From Chiloscyllium plagiosum (Eukaryota): a stretch of 64,000 nucleotides of DNA. A program made the position numbers and the translations under genes. The notes below the pieces were generated by a model, which had not been told where the DNA came from, made no database searches, and saw only the letters and a list, made by a program, of their open reading frames with translations. Below are positions 1-10,469 of the stretch, one piece after another; the first letter of the stretch is position 1, and every line of letters begins with the position of its first letter. The DNA lies in contig NC_057718.1 of NCBI RefSeq assembly GCF_004010195.1, positions 18,757,598-18,821,597 on the forward strand, written 5' to 3'.

Positions 1-118
1 TTGTCCCTGCCTGCCCTGACTGTTTGACTCACCTTTGTTCTCAACTGTACCAGTCTCAGATTGATCTCTTTCTTCACTATCTCCCTGCGCCATCCCCCTC
101 CCCCACCTGACCTTACTA

Positions 119-1155
119 GTTTAAATCCTCCCGAGCAGTTCTAACAAATTTCCCTGCCAGTATATTAGTCCCCTTCCAATTTATGTGCAATCCGTTCTTC
201 TTGTACAGGTCACTTCTACCCCAAAAGAGATTCCAATGATCCAAAAGTGTGAATCCTTCTCCCATACACCAGCTCCTCAGCGTCCCCTTCCAATTTATGT
301 GCAATCCGTTCTTCTTGTACAGGTCACTTCTACCCCAAAAGAGATTCCAATGATCCAAAAGTGTGAATCCTTCTCCCATACACCAGCTCCTCAGCCATGC
401 ATTCATCTGCTCTATCCTCCTATTCCTGCCCACACTAGCTCGTAGCACTGAGAGTAATCCAGATATTACTACTCTTAAGGATCTCCTTTTTAAATTTATG
501 CCTAACTCCCTGTAATCTCCCTTCAGAATCTCAACCTTTTTCCTTCCTATGTCGTTGGTTCCAATATGGACAATGACCTCTTGCTGGCCCCACTCCCCCG
601 TGAGAACATTCTGCATCCTCTTTGAGACATCCTTGATCCTGGCACCAGGGAAGCCACACACTATTCTGCTTTTTCGCTGCTGGCCACAGAAACGTCTGTC
701 TGTACCTCTGACTAGAGCATCCCGTAACACGATTGATACCTTGGTAGCCTCGTTGCATTAGAGCCAGTCTCAATACCAGAAACCTGGCTGTTCGTGCTAC
801 GTTCCCCTGAGAATCCATCACTCCCTACATTTTCCAAAACAGCATACCTGTTTGAAATGGGTATATCCACAAAAGACTCCTGCACTAGGTGCCTATCTCT
901 CTTGCCTTCCCTGGAGTTAACCCATCTATGTGACTGTGCCTGAGATTTTTCCCCCTTCCTATAACTGCCATCCATCATATACTGTTGCTGTTGCAAATTC
1001 CTCATTGCTTCTAACTGTCTCTCCAACCGATCCATTCAATCTGATAAGATTCGCAGCCAACAGCATTTATGGCAGATATATTCCACAGTAACCTTTAAAC
1101 TCTCTTTAAACTCCCACATCTGACAAGAAGTACATATCGCTCTATTAAAGGCCAT
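119..1155 (-). pseudogene. Disrupted CR1 ORF1 (zinc finger/coiled coil + SGNH esterase)
   Basis: In-frame TGA at 1036-1038, a frameshift near 730-750, the GDS motif reads RDA and DGLH reads NGLH. There is an internal 114-bp duplication. ORF track 116..730 and 712..1035. Confidence 0.85.
168..395. repeat. Perfect 2 x 114-bp tandem duplication
   Basis: 168-281 is identical to 282-395 (gtccccttccaattt...ccagctcctcagc). Confidence 0.95.
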
Positions 1156-1262
1156 TTTTGATCCTTCCCAGTCTACAGACCCAAAAATTAACACCGTCTT
1201 ATTCCTCTACAAACACTGCCCCAGGTTAAATTAATAGTTATGGCTTATATTTTAAGTTTTTT

Positions 1263-1319
1263 TTAGATTAGATTCCCTACAGTGTGGAAACAAGCCCTTC
1301 GGCCCAACCAGTCCACATC
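1263..1319 (-). mobile_element. 3' tail fragment of HE1-type SINE
   Basis: tagattagattccctacagtgtggaaacaagcccttcggcccaac is the reverse complement of the tail of the HE1 copy at 39805-40085. Confidence 0.75.
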
Positions 1320-1557
1320 AAGAGACATGTCTCCAAAAACATATAATCAAGAAAGAACCCAGTCTACTCACTACTGCAGATTGTCTGTAGGCCACACTTA
1401 AAACAACGATTAACTTATCTGATTCTGTGCTGTGAACTTTACTCAAACAGTTCCTCCAAGATCAGTTATGAATTTCACTGTTTACTAATTTTCCCCGATG
1501 CACTCCGCTGTCCAATGATACGTGAATTCAAACAGCAAAGGCAGTAACTGTGCAGGT

Positions 1558-1580
1558 TCTCTCTCTCTCTCTCTCTCTCT
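1558..1580. repeat. (CT)n microsatellite
   Basis: Seen directly. Confidence 0.95.
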
Positions 1581-1923
1581 GGCACTGACCTGACCATGTT
1601 CTTCCTTTATCTATTCTTCTCCCTTTTGTCTTTTTTTTCCAAAGTTCCAAAACAATGCAACAGCATATAAAACAGTAATTGCTGCTCCTGGAATTCGAGG
1701 AATTCCTGGAATTCCTGGAATCACCTCTAAAAAGGAGCAGCTGTTACAGCCAGAAATTTTTCCTAAACTTCATCTTGGATTACCCAGAATCTATCTTATT
1801 TCTAATTTGCATGCATGAGCGTTATGTTACTAATTCCTCTTATATTTAGTTAATTCATGAAAGTTACTAATTCTTTTTGTTAATTCATGAAAGCCTGGTT
1901 AAATTGGCTCCTTCTAAAACATA

Positions 1924-2054
1924 GTAGATACACAGGTGGCTGGAAGAACACAGTGATGTTGACTTCTCCACCTCCTGATGCTACCTGGCTTGCTGTGTTC
2001 TTCCATCCTCCTGCCTGTCTACTTTGGATTTTAGCATCTGCAAGCTTTTTGTCT
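1924..2054. mobile_element. Penelope-like fold-back mini-insertion (ribozyme core deleted)
   Basis: Imperfect inverted arms gtagatacacaggtggctggaagaacacag / ctgtgttcttccatcctcctgcctgtctac plus an agcatctgca tail. Perfect 16-bp direct repeat ctccttctaaaacata at 1908-1923 and 2055-2070. Confidence 0.75.
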
Positions 2055-2919
2055 CTCCTTCTAAAACATAAGTTAATTTGGCACTAGGAGAAATGTATCT
2101 GCAAGGAAAGGGAGTGACTGGTCTCACTTCCTCTTTTGAAGTTGCTGATTTCCATGAGACTACAGTTCCAGGCAACCTTTCTTTGCCACATTGAAGCAGC
2201 CAATCTACAGTAGGTTTGACATGAGGTCAGGACTATAATAAAAAAATTATTTCCATCACAATCACAGGACACTATGAGAAGAAGTGTCTTACAGACACTG
2301 AAAATATCACTCTGGTTTAAATTGCAGTATCTTTTTAATTTCATTCAATGTTGTTTTCCATTGTATCAGTGGGGCTGCTTGGTTTGAAGGGAGGCTTGTG
2401 CATTTGCCTTTCTGACAGTGACACTGGATGAACCCAGCCTCACTTCTATTGGTTGGCATAAAGGTGGGAACTAACGCTTCTCCTTTCCTGCCAACCCCAT
2501 ATTTAAATGGAGAATGGCATTCTCTGGCAAGGTTAAATCTCAAAAGGACAATCAACCTGCCAACTGCCTGACACTGAGTAACAGTAATGAGCTGCGAAAA
2601 GTCATCAGGTGCTCTGTGAAAAGGCAGCAAGGTGTGATTCACAGCATGCCCGAAAAGTGGAACAGAAGTAAACTATTTCGACATCATCAGCATTTCTCGT
2701 GTTTGACTGATAGCAATATTCGGGTAGCTATATGAAGTTACTACTACAAAGCTTGACGTGCAGAATGAATGGTAAGCTCACACTATCAGTCATCTTTCTA
2801 AACTGGAAACACTTTTGAAATATTCTTAAACCACTCAAAGGCACAGTTATGGAACTAGATGACTAACATTTTCAAATGCCAGTTTTCAGCCAATCCAATT
2901 CACTCCACATGATATCAAG

Positions 2920-3320
2920 AAATGGCGGAAGTCACTGGATACTGCAAAAGCTATGGATCCTGAAGATTTGTACTCCAGAACTAGTCAACTGATCCAGCAC
3001 TGCATTTACCTGACAACGTGGAAAATTGCCTAGATATGGCCAGTACACTAAAAACATAGCAAATCCAATCAGCCAATTACCCCATGTCAGTCTATTCTCG
3101 AACATGAGCAAAGTGACATGAGATACTGTTGACAGCAATATCAAGCAGCACTTATACAACCATTGCTCACTGATATGTCAGGCTCTGCCAGATACATGGG
3201 GTTCCTGATATACATCCTTTGGTCTAAACATGGACCATGACCTGAAGGGGTAAGGTGAGAGCTTCTGACATCAAGATAGAATTTAACCAAATATAGCATT
3301 GAGCAGTCGTGGAAAAACTG
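2920..3320 (+). mobile_element. Degenerate non-LTR RT fragment (CR1/L2-group LINE)
   Basis: Remnant of the WKIA..V..K..KSN.ANY.P.SL.S pre-RT motif (tggaaaattgcc...aaatccaatcagccaattacccc). Confidence 0.55.
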
Positions 3321-4074
3321 AAATCCATAGGAATCCAGCTCCAGGCATAGTTGGTGCAGAGTCAAAAAAACTGGCAGGGACCCCATTCACTGTTCTTCCC
3401 ATCACTTGATTAAATGCCACCTCACCACCTGCAAACACATCTTAGAGGATGGTGCCTACACAAATACAGAACCTTGCTTCTGACCACCCTGTTACTCTGT
3501 TCCCATGACCCGAAAGCCAAGAACTCCCCACAGCACTTACTTTTGTCCTGGATCCTCTACTAACATTCCAGGGTACACTTTCAGCAGCAGCTAGAACCCT
3601 CTTTGATTGGCCAGCTGCTCTTCTTAAGCAGGCCATGCACCCCGGCTCTTGATTTAGGGCAAATGCCAACGGTCTCCATTGTCATTGCCTGATTGATTTG
3701 TTGCTTGGCTGGCCTTTTTCAGGAGGAGGTAGCGCAGGTCTCCCATTGGTTCTCCAGCCAAATGATGAGATGCATCATCAAGATTCCATCATTTGGGTGA
3801 AACAGTCACTTGTCAGCAATTTTGCCAAATCGGGCAGAGGCAGACACACCATCCAAGTAAGGTTAGCTGGCAGGCTCACCAAGCTGGAGGATAAGTCAGC
3901 AGCTAATCAGCTGAGAAGGATCTACAGCCTGTTCCTTCAGGCAAGAGAGAAAAGGCCTCTATTCTGAGGTTTTGGAAGTTTCAAACTGGGAAGGGCTTCA
4001 GCAACTGTTCTTCCATTGTGATGGGTAGCCTATGGTCAGACAGGTGGCTGGAGCAATCAGAAGGCACCCTCCAG

Positions 4075-4290
4075 ACCTAGCTCAGTTGGCTGGCAGGCTG
4101 GCTGGTAATAGAAACTGAGGCCAATTCCACTATCTGGCTGAGACCACTATGGAACTGGTCAATTAAGCCATGTAGCCCTCCCCCTCCCTGAACCTGAGGT
4201 GTGCTAACTCGCAGGTTAGTCTCACCAATAGTGGTCTCTCTGTCTAATGAGAGAGCAACCTATGGTCTGCTGGAACTATGCTGACTTTTG
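4075..4290 (+). mobile_element. Old tRNA-derived SINE ('family C'); second copy at ~29405-29590 on the minus strand
   Basis: tagctcagttgg A-box-like head. The body (cctgaggtgtg...ggttagtc...tctaatgagagagc...tatggtc) is shared with 29405-29590. Confidence 0.55.
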
Positions 4291-6099
4291 TTTTCAGCCT
4301 GCAGACTGATGGCCCAGTTTTGATGTCTTGGTCAGTCCGCAAACTGGAAATCTCCAGCCAGCCACTGTAAATGGGGGAGTAACAGTTGGCATTTGACAAC
4401 ATTGAACATGTACAATCAGATTTCTTAAATGAAAAAAAAGGTGGTAAATGACTGAAACTGAAGGAAACAAATTTAAGACAATTGGCAAAAGTACTTGGTA
4501 GGGGGTGGGTGTATGTGTGGCAGGGGTCATGAAACATGTGGGGAATTATTTTTAGAGAGCGAGTTATGATCTGGAATGCACTGTCTGAACTATGGTGGAT
4601 GTAAATTCAACAGTCACTTTCTGAAGGAGATATGAAATATATTGTAAGGAGAAAAACAAATTGCAGAGCTAGAAGGAATGAGCAGGGGAATCAGGCAGCT
4701 CTTTCAGAGAGGCAGCACAGCCACAGTGGATCAAATGACTTCCTTTACTTGCTTTCTTTAACCCCATAAACAGTTGGAATTTTATAATCGTTAAAATAAT
4801 ATCAATGAGCACCCAAATTATTACCAACTCAGTCTTTAAAAATTGCTTCTGGCCTTTTTTTCGTAAATCAGTGGACCAGATGTCTCTCCATGAGAATTAT
4901 GCCAGCAGAAAGTATTTTGTTTCAGACATTAGTCGATGCTTGAACACTGCCAGCAATAAATTAAAATACTTAAGTGAAGGTTTTATCATCCCAACTGGTA
5001 AATAGCTGGGGGGAGGATGGACCCTGCAGGTGGTTAAGCCCTGAAACCGCCCCCCCGCCCCCCTCCCCCCCCCAACCCAACTAGGGGCCCCATAGTCAAT
5101 AACTCAGGCAGAATTTGGGAATCTTGTCACTTCAGCTATGTGAAGATTCATTAACAACTCCGTGATTTCACAGTTGACATCTCCAATTCATTCCTTAATC
5201 ATGTCACTGAGGTTCAGTATTTAAATCAAATGGGTCATATCAGTTGCAACAGCTAAAAGTTATCCAAAAGGTAAATTTCACCAATTTGTACCCGCTTTTG
5301 ATTGAGTTGTTAGATTTTACTTATTTCCAGTTTAAAAAAAACAAATTGAACAAAGCCAACTCTGAACACAGACATACCTATGCTTGTTCAAGGATGTTCC
5401 TAATTAAAACGGGATGCCCATAAGCAGAAAACTTCATGGTCAATTTGCAAATTTGTTTTGGGAAACCACAAAATGAACTGTATCAAGTATTTTTCAAAGT
5501 GAAGTAGGTTAAATATTTGAAAAAGGAAAATGTAAAAGGATATGATAAAACAGCTGAAGAATGGGACTAAATGAGGAGATAGAGAGAGGGGGGGCTGTGA
5601 GAGACTGAGAATTGGCACAGGCAGGATATACTGAATCGCTTCCGTCTGTACGGAAAAGTTTTGTGAATAATAATTCTTACAGCTGTGTTTATAGGGCAAA
5701 ATATGGAAAGGAGTTGATCTAAGTCACAAGGTGCATCTTCTTCCAGGAATTCAGTTCAATTTAGATTTTGGGCTGAATCTTGAATTTTTTGGCTAAGTCA
5801 TAGATTGCGTCAAGTTTATAGAAGGGCTTTTTTGCTGCAAGGGGCCTAGTGAACTCCCTTGTTATACCAGACTCTCTTATTTTACCTTACTAAATTTGCC
5901 TGATTATCTCTCTACCCTGTACCTATGGCATCCGTCAAGTCTGATTCCAGCCCCACTTTACCACATGCAGCTCCCACAATTTACTTGCCACTCAATGGAT
6001 ATCCAAGAATTCATTGGCATCCCTTACATCAGCATTATCTTTAAAAGCCTACTACACACCTGAACAAGCAATGTTAGTCCAAACCTGTTTGTCCAGTTC

Positions 6100-6280
6100 C
6101 TCACATTTACCTAAACATGAAAGACAGGGCAGAAATTTCACAGAGCAGGGGCGGAGGACACAACACCAGGCTATGCTAGCCTGGCCCAAGGTTACAACCC
6201 AAGTTAAAGCTATCTCTGCCATCTGGAAGAAAAGCAAGCACTGTAGGACACTAGGACCTTCCCTACTCTGCCAGTGTGAG
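6100..6280 (+). mobile_element. Remnant of Myb/SANT-like DNA-binding ORF, PIF/Harbinger type
   Basis: ORF 6014..6310 contains GRRTQHQAMLAWPKVTTQVKAISAIWKKSKHCR. This resembles the AW..VA..V.A.S...R...QCRKK pattern of Harbinger Myb-like proteins. Confidence 0.5.
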
Positions 6281-6525
6281 CGCCACCATCTTCTCTCTGA
6301 TACATCATAGTCACTCTATCTCTGCTAATGAACCCACTTGTCATCAAGGCTCATGCTCTACCACTCTACTATTGCCTGAAACATGGTTCTCACTCACTCT
6401 CTCTCACCCCAACTCCTAACACCAGTAACTCTGCAAACCCTCTGTACTACCTACTCACTCACTTGAAACACTTTCCCATCTGCACCAAAAGTATCAACTG
6501 TACCACCCAATTCCATCTCCTTAAT

Positions 6526-7200
6526 TCGAATTAGAAGAGCCTTTATTGTCACATATATTCAATGAGTAAAGTGAAAAGTTTATATGTTCTAATTATAGCG
6601 TCAACTTAGATACAAGAGTACCTAGGAACAGCTTCTTTACTTACAAGGTTTTAGACAAAACAGAAATAAAATGTTCAGCATTACAGAACTAAATGTTCAG
6701 TATGGCAGACCACGCTGGCACTTAGGTTCCAGTCCACATCACGCCAGGTGGCCACTACAGGAGGCCGCTGCATCAGGCCAGGAGGTCACCATGCCATGCC
6801 GGGGAACTGCTGCATCAGGCTGGGAGATCACCATGCCATGCCTGCGAACTGCTGCATCAGGCCGTGAGGTCACCATGCCATTCCAGGAGTCCGCTGCATC
6901 AGGCCAGGAGGTCACCATGCCATGCCAGGTGGCCACTGCAGGAGGCCGGAGGGTCACAATGGCATGCCGGGAGGCCACTGCTTCAGGCTGGGAATTGTGA
7001 CTCACCAGAAGCCAGGGTTCATCAGTCCCTGCCAGAGGTTGCTGGAGGGTGAGAGTTAAAGGGGAAAAAATGGAGAGGAAGAAAAGTAAAACACTAGGAA
7101 GAAGGAAAAGAGAAGAGAAAGAAGAAAAGAAAAGGAAGAGCAGGCAGAGCAGATGAACTCCTGCTGGAGCATTCTACTCCACCGCAATTTGCAAAATATG
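6526..7200 (-). mobile_element. Putative non-autonomous Rex1/Babar-tailed retroposon with internal minisatellite
   Basis: The left end tttattgtcacat...gtgaaaag matches the 3' tail of the Rex1-like copies at 21952 and 37702. No RT lies inside. Candidate TSD tctccttaat (6516-6525) / tctgcttaat (7201-7210). Confidence 0.55.
6740..6995. repeat. 42-bp GC-rich minisatellite, 5 full units plus a partial
   Basis: tcaccatgcc/tcacaatggc recurs at 6786, 6828, 6870, 6912 and 6954, an exact 42-bp period. Confidence 0.9.
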
Positions 7201-7324
7201 TCTGCTTAATGTCTGCGATTCTCTCATTTCATGAGGAAAATAATCCCCAATAGGGCAGAAAGACTCAAGCCAAGCTGATTCAAGGCAAGGTTGTCTCACA
7301 TTCAGCTCTTTATTCTTTTCAGGA

Positions 7325-8075
7325 GATGTTTATTAGGGATAGTCAGCATAGATTAATGCAGGGAAGGTCTTGTCTCACAAACTTGAGTTTTTGAGGAAGT
7401 ATCCAAAATGATTGATGAGAGCAGAGCAGTAAATGTTGTTAACTTGGACTTTAGTAAAGCCTTTGACAAGGTTCTGTCTGCATGGTAGAACAATTAGTAA
7501 AGGTAAATCACATGGGATTCAAGGTGAGTTTGCCAATTGGATATAAAATTGGTCTTATGGTAGGAGGCAGAAGGTGGTGATAAAGAGTTGTTTTTCAGAC
7601 TGGAGCCCTGTGACCAGTGGTGTTCCACAAGAATTGGCCCCGAGTCCACGTTTGTTTGTCATTTATATAAATTACTTGGATGAGAATGCAGGAGGCATGG
7701 TTAGTAAGTCTGCAGATGAAATGAAGAAGAAGGTTATTTGAGATTATTAGGAAATCTTGAACAATTAGTTCAATGGGTTTGAGGAGTGGCAGATGGAGTT
7801 TAATTTGGATAAATGTGAGGCATTGCATTTTGGTAATACAAACAAGAACAGGACTTATACAATTAATGGTAAGGCCCTGGGTGATGTTGTAGAACAGGGA
7901 GACCTAGGGGTCCGGCTATATAATTTTTTGAAATTTTCATCAGAGGTAGACAGATGGCTAAGAAGGCATTTAGCACACTTGCCTTCATTTCTCAGACCTT
8001 TGAGTAAAGGAGTTGGGATGTCATTTTGAGGTTGCAGACGATGTTGGTGAGGACTGTTCTGGTGTACTTTGTTAT
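7325..8075 (+). mobile_element. CR1 LINE RT fragment
   Basis: DFSKAFDKV, GRRQKVV, VTSGVPQ and WQMEFNLDKCEALHFG motifs, with frameshifts. Confidence 0.85.
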
Positions 8076-8289
8076 GCACTGAAGTCTCTTTTAAAGGAAC
8101 TCAGACACTGTTGAACAGCTGATGGAAAGTAAATGAAATTAAATTTGCTCCATTTTAGTTTCTTTTCAGAGATTGTGAGATCAGAGGTAGGCATTTAGCT
8201 AAACTTAGAACTGCTAATCAAACACTGTTACAAGCAAAGTGATGAATAACGGCCAAAGATGCATAATCAAAGAGTTTTTTTAAAGATTG

Positions 8290-9160
8290 TTTATTAATCC
8301 ATTCATGTGGAAATTCAAGCATGTATTACCAATCCTTATTTACTCTAGAGATGGTGGTGATGAGCTATCTTTTTGAAATGCTGAAGTTCTTGGGAAGTAG
8401 GGACACATGTAGCTATGAGAAGGGAGGTTCCAGGCTTAAATTTAGTGACACTGAAGATAAAAAAGTATATTTCCAAGTCAGGATGGTGTGCGACTTGGAG
8501 AGAAGCGTGCAAGTGTTGGTGTTTCCATCCATGTGCTTCCTCTGTCCTTCTGGGTGATATAGGTCATGGATTTGGATGCTGCTGTCAGAGGAGACTTGGT
8601 GAGTTTCTGCTGTGCATCTTCTAGATCATAAATCCTACTTCCTCAGTGCATTGGTGGTGAAGGGAGTAAATGTTGATTATGGTGGATGAAGTGCCATAAA
8701 GTGGCTGTTTTGTCTTTGAGGTTGTCAAGTTTCTTGAATGTTGTTGGAACTGCACTCATCCAGACAAGTAGAGAGTATTCCATCACACTCCTAATGTGTG
8801 CATTGTAAATGATTTAGACAGGCTTTGTGGAGTCAGAAGGTGAGCTATTGGCTGTAGGATTCCTATCCTCAAGCTTGTTCTTGTAGCCACACTATTTATA
8901 TGGTTGGTCCAGTTCAGCTTCTGGTCAATATTACCCAGGGTGTTGGTAGTAGAGAATCATCAGTAGTTATGCTATTGAATATCAGGGGGTGTTGGTTAGA
9001 ATTTGTCTTGATGGATTTGGTCATTACTATCACTTGTGTGGTACAAATGTTAATTGCTACTTACTTGGATGTTGTCCAGGACACAGACTGTTTCAGTATC
9101 TGAGCAATCACAAATGGTCCTAAATATTGTGGAATCATCAAGGAATATCCCTACTTCAGA
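8290..9160 (-). mobile_element. Old LINE 3' region; further fragment at ~9810-10190
   Basis: Its 3' end resembles the tail of SINE family B. Degenerate coding-like sequence follows. Confidence 0.55.
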
Positions 9161-9432
9161 CAGCTGTTGACTTTGACCAGTAACCCAAAGAGCTTACCAT
9201 TAGTGGACCAATCACTCTGTGTCTCTTCTGAAGAAATGATAGAATCCAGGAAGACCAGAGATCAGACGGTCTTGGGAATCAAAAGGAACATCTCATTAAA
9301 TCCTGTGGACTGGTGCAATGTTTCCCTAGACATTCTGCCTACACTCATAACTCAACTTATTTTTTTATTTGTTTGTTTGTCTATATATACGTGCAAGAGT
9401 TTTAAAGGCATTTAGAACATCGACCAGTTGTT

Positions 9433-9710
9433 ATAGAGTCATAGAGTCACACAGCATGGCAACAGTCACTTCAGTCCAACCGGTCCATGCCGAACATAAT
9501 CCCAAACTAGACCTGTCCCACCTGCATGCTCCTGGCCCATATCCCACCCAACCTTTCCTATTCATCTACTTATCCAAGTATCTTTTAAACATTGTAATTG
9601 TGCCCACTTCCTCAAAGTTCATGCTACATGCAAACCATACTCTAAAAAGATTTGCCCCTCACACTTTTTTTTAAATCTCTCCTCTTACCTTAAAAATATG
9701 CCCTAGTCTT
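9433..9710 (-). mobile_element. CR1 (HER1-like) 3' fragment
   Basis: atagagtcatagagtc tail. Matches the reverse complement of 55900-56165. Confidence 0.8.
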
Positions 9711-10189
9711 ATAGATTTATTTTGCCTGTGGTTAGCATTTCTTCATTTATAATAAATAGTAGTTCTTCTTCTGTACAGGAATTTGGTCAGTGTTTTCTCT
9801 TAACCTAAATGCATTAGCCAGGTATATTGGGGTTTTTGAGTACTTTGATTAAATTATTATCATTTGTGTGCACCCTGGGAAAGTGAGACTCGAGCATTAG
9901 TGCACTTTTCCAAGTGGGTAATGAGCCACCTTTGAACCAACCCTTCAGTCGTGCAAATGGGACAGGAGATATAAAGGGATGATGATGGTGATGTTCGACT
10001 GTTGCTTCACTAATCTGTTGGACAGCTCTCCCAATTTTGACAGAAGCTCCCAGATGTTGGTAAGATGTATATTGCAAGTCAATATGGCAGTGTTTATCAC
10101 TGTCATTTCCAGTATCTAGGTGTTTGGTGGGTGATCTGTCTTTAGGTTTTGTAGCTGTATGATACAATCCAGTGGCTTGTTAGGCCATA

Positions 10190-10465
10190 TCAGAGGGCAA
10201 TTGAGAGTCAACTACATTGCTGTGGCTCTGGAGTTGCATGTAGACTAGATCAACTGAGGATGTCAGATTTCTTTCTTTAAAGTGTAATAGTGGATTTTAT
10301 GATAATTGATAATGGTTGCATGGTTCGCATTAGGCGAGCTTTTAATTAAAGATTTTTTTACTGAATTCAAACTCCACCGTCTATCATGATGCGATATGAA
10401 CCCATGTTCCTGAAACATTGGCCAAAGGTTCTGGATTGCTCAACTATAACAGTACTACTGCACTG
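10190..10465 (-). mobile_element. tRNA-derived SINE family B
   Basis: Reverse-complement match to 26755-27090 (gagtcaactacattgctgtgg, gaattcaaactccacc). Confidence 0.65.
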
Positions 10466-10469
10466 CCAG

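Larger units (their letters stand above)
1..1790 (-). mobile_element. 5' portion of a CR1-clade LINE (5'UTR + ORF1); the element continues left of the window
   Basis: The minus strand from ATG at 1155 reads MAFNRAICTSCQMWEF...YICHKCC (CxxC..CxxC), then a coiled coil (MDRLERQLEAMRNLQQQ) and an SGNH/GDSL esterase (VIVHIGTNDIG, GLH). This is the CR1 ORF1 architecture. The 5'UTR limit is approximate. Confidence 0.85.

Noticed and set aside
1826..1893. Short imperfect tandem duplication (gttactaattc...gttaattcatgaaag), and ggaattcct repeats at 1687-1721
   Set aside because: Ordinary local slippage with no further structure.
5048..5078. C-rich tract (G-quadruplex potential on the minus strand)
   Set aside because: Simple low-complexity run with no supporting context.
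6740..6995. Regularly spaced repeats resembling a CRISPR array or a repeat protein
   Set aside because: Contiguous 42-bp units with no unique spacers, in a eukaryotic context. The ORFs are a by-product of a unit length divisible by three.
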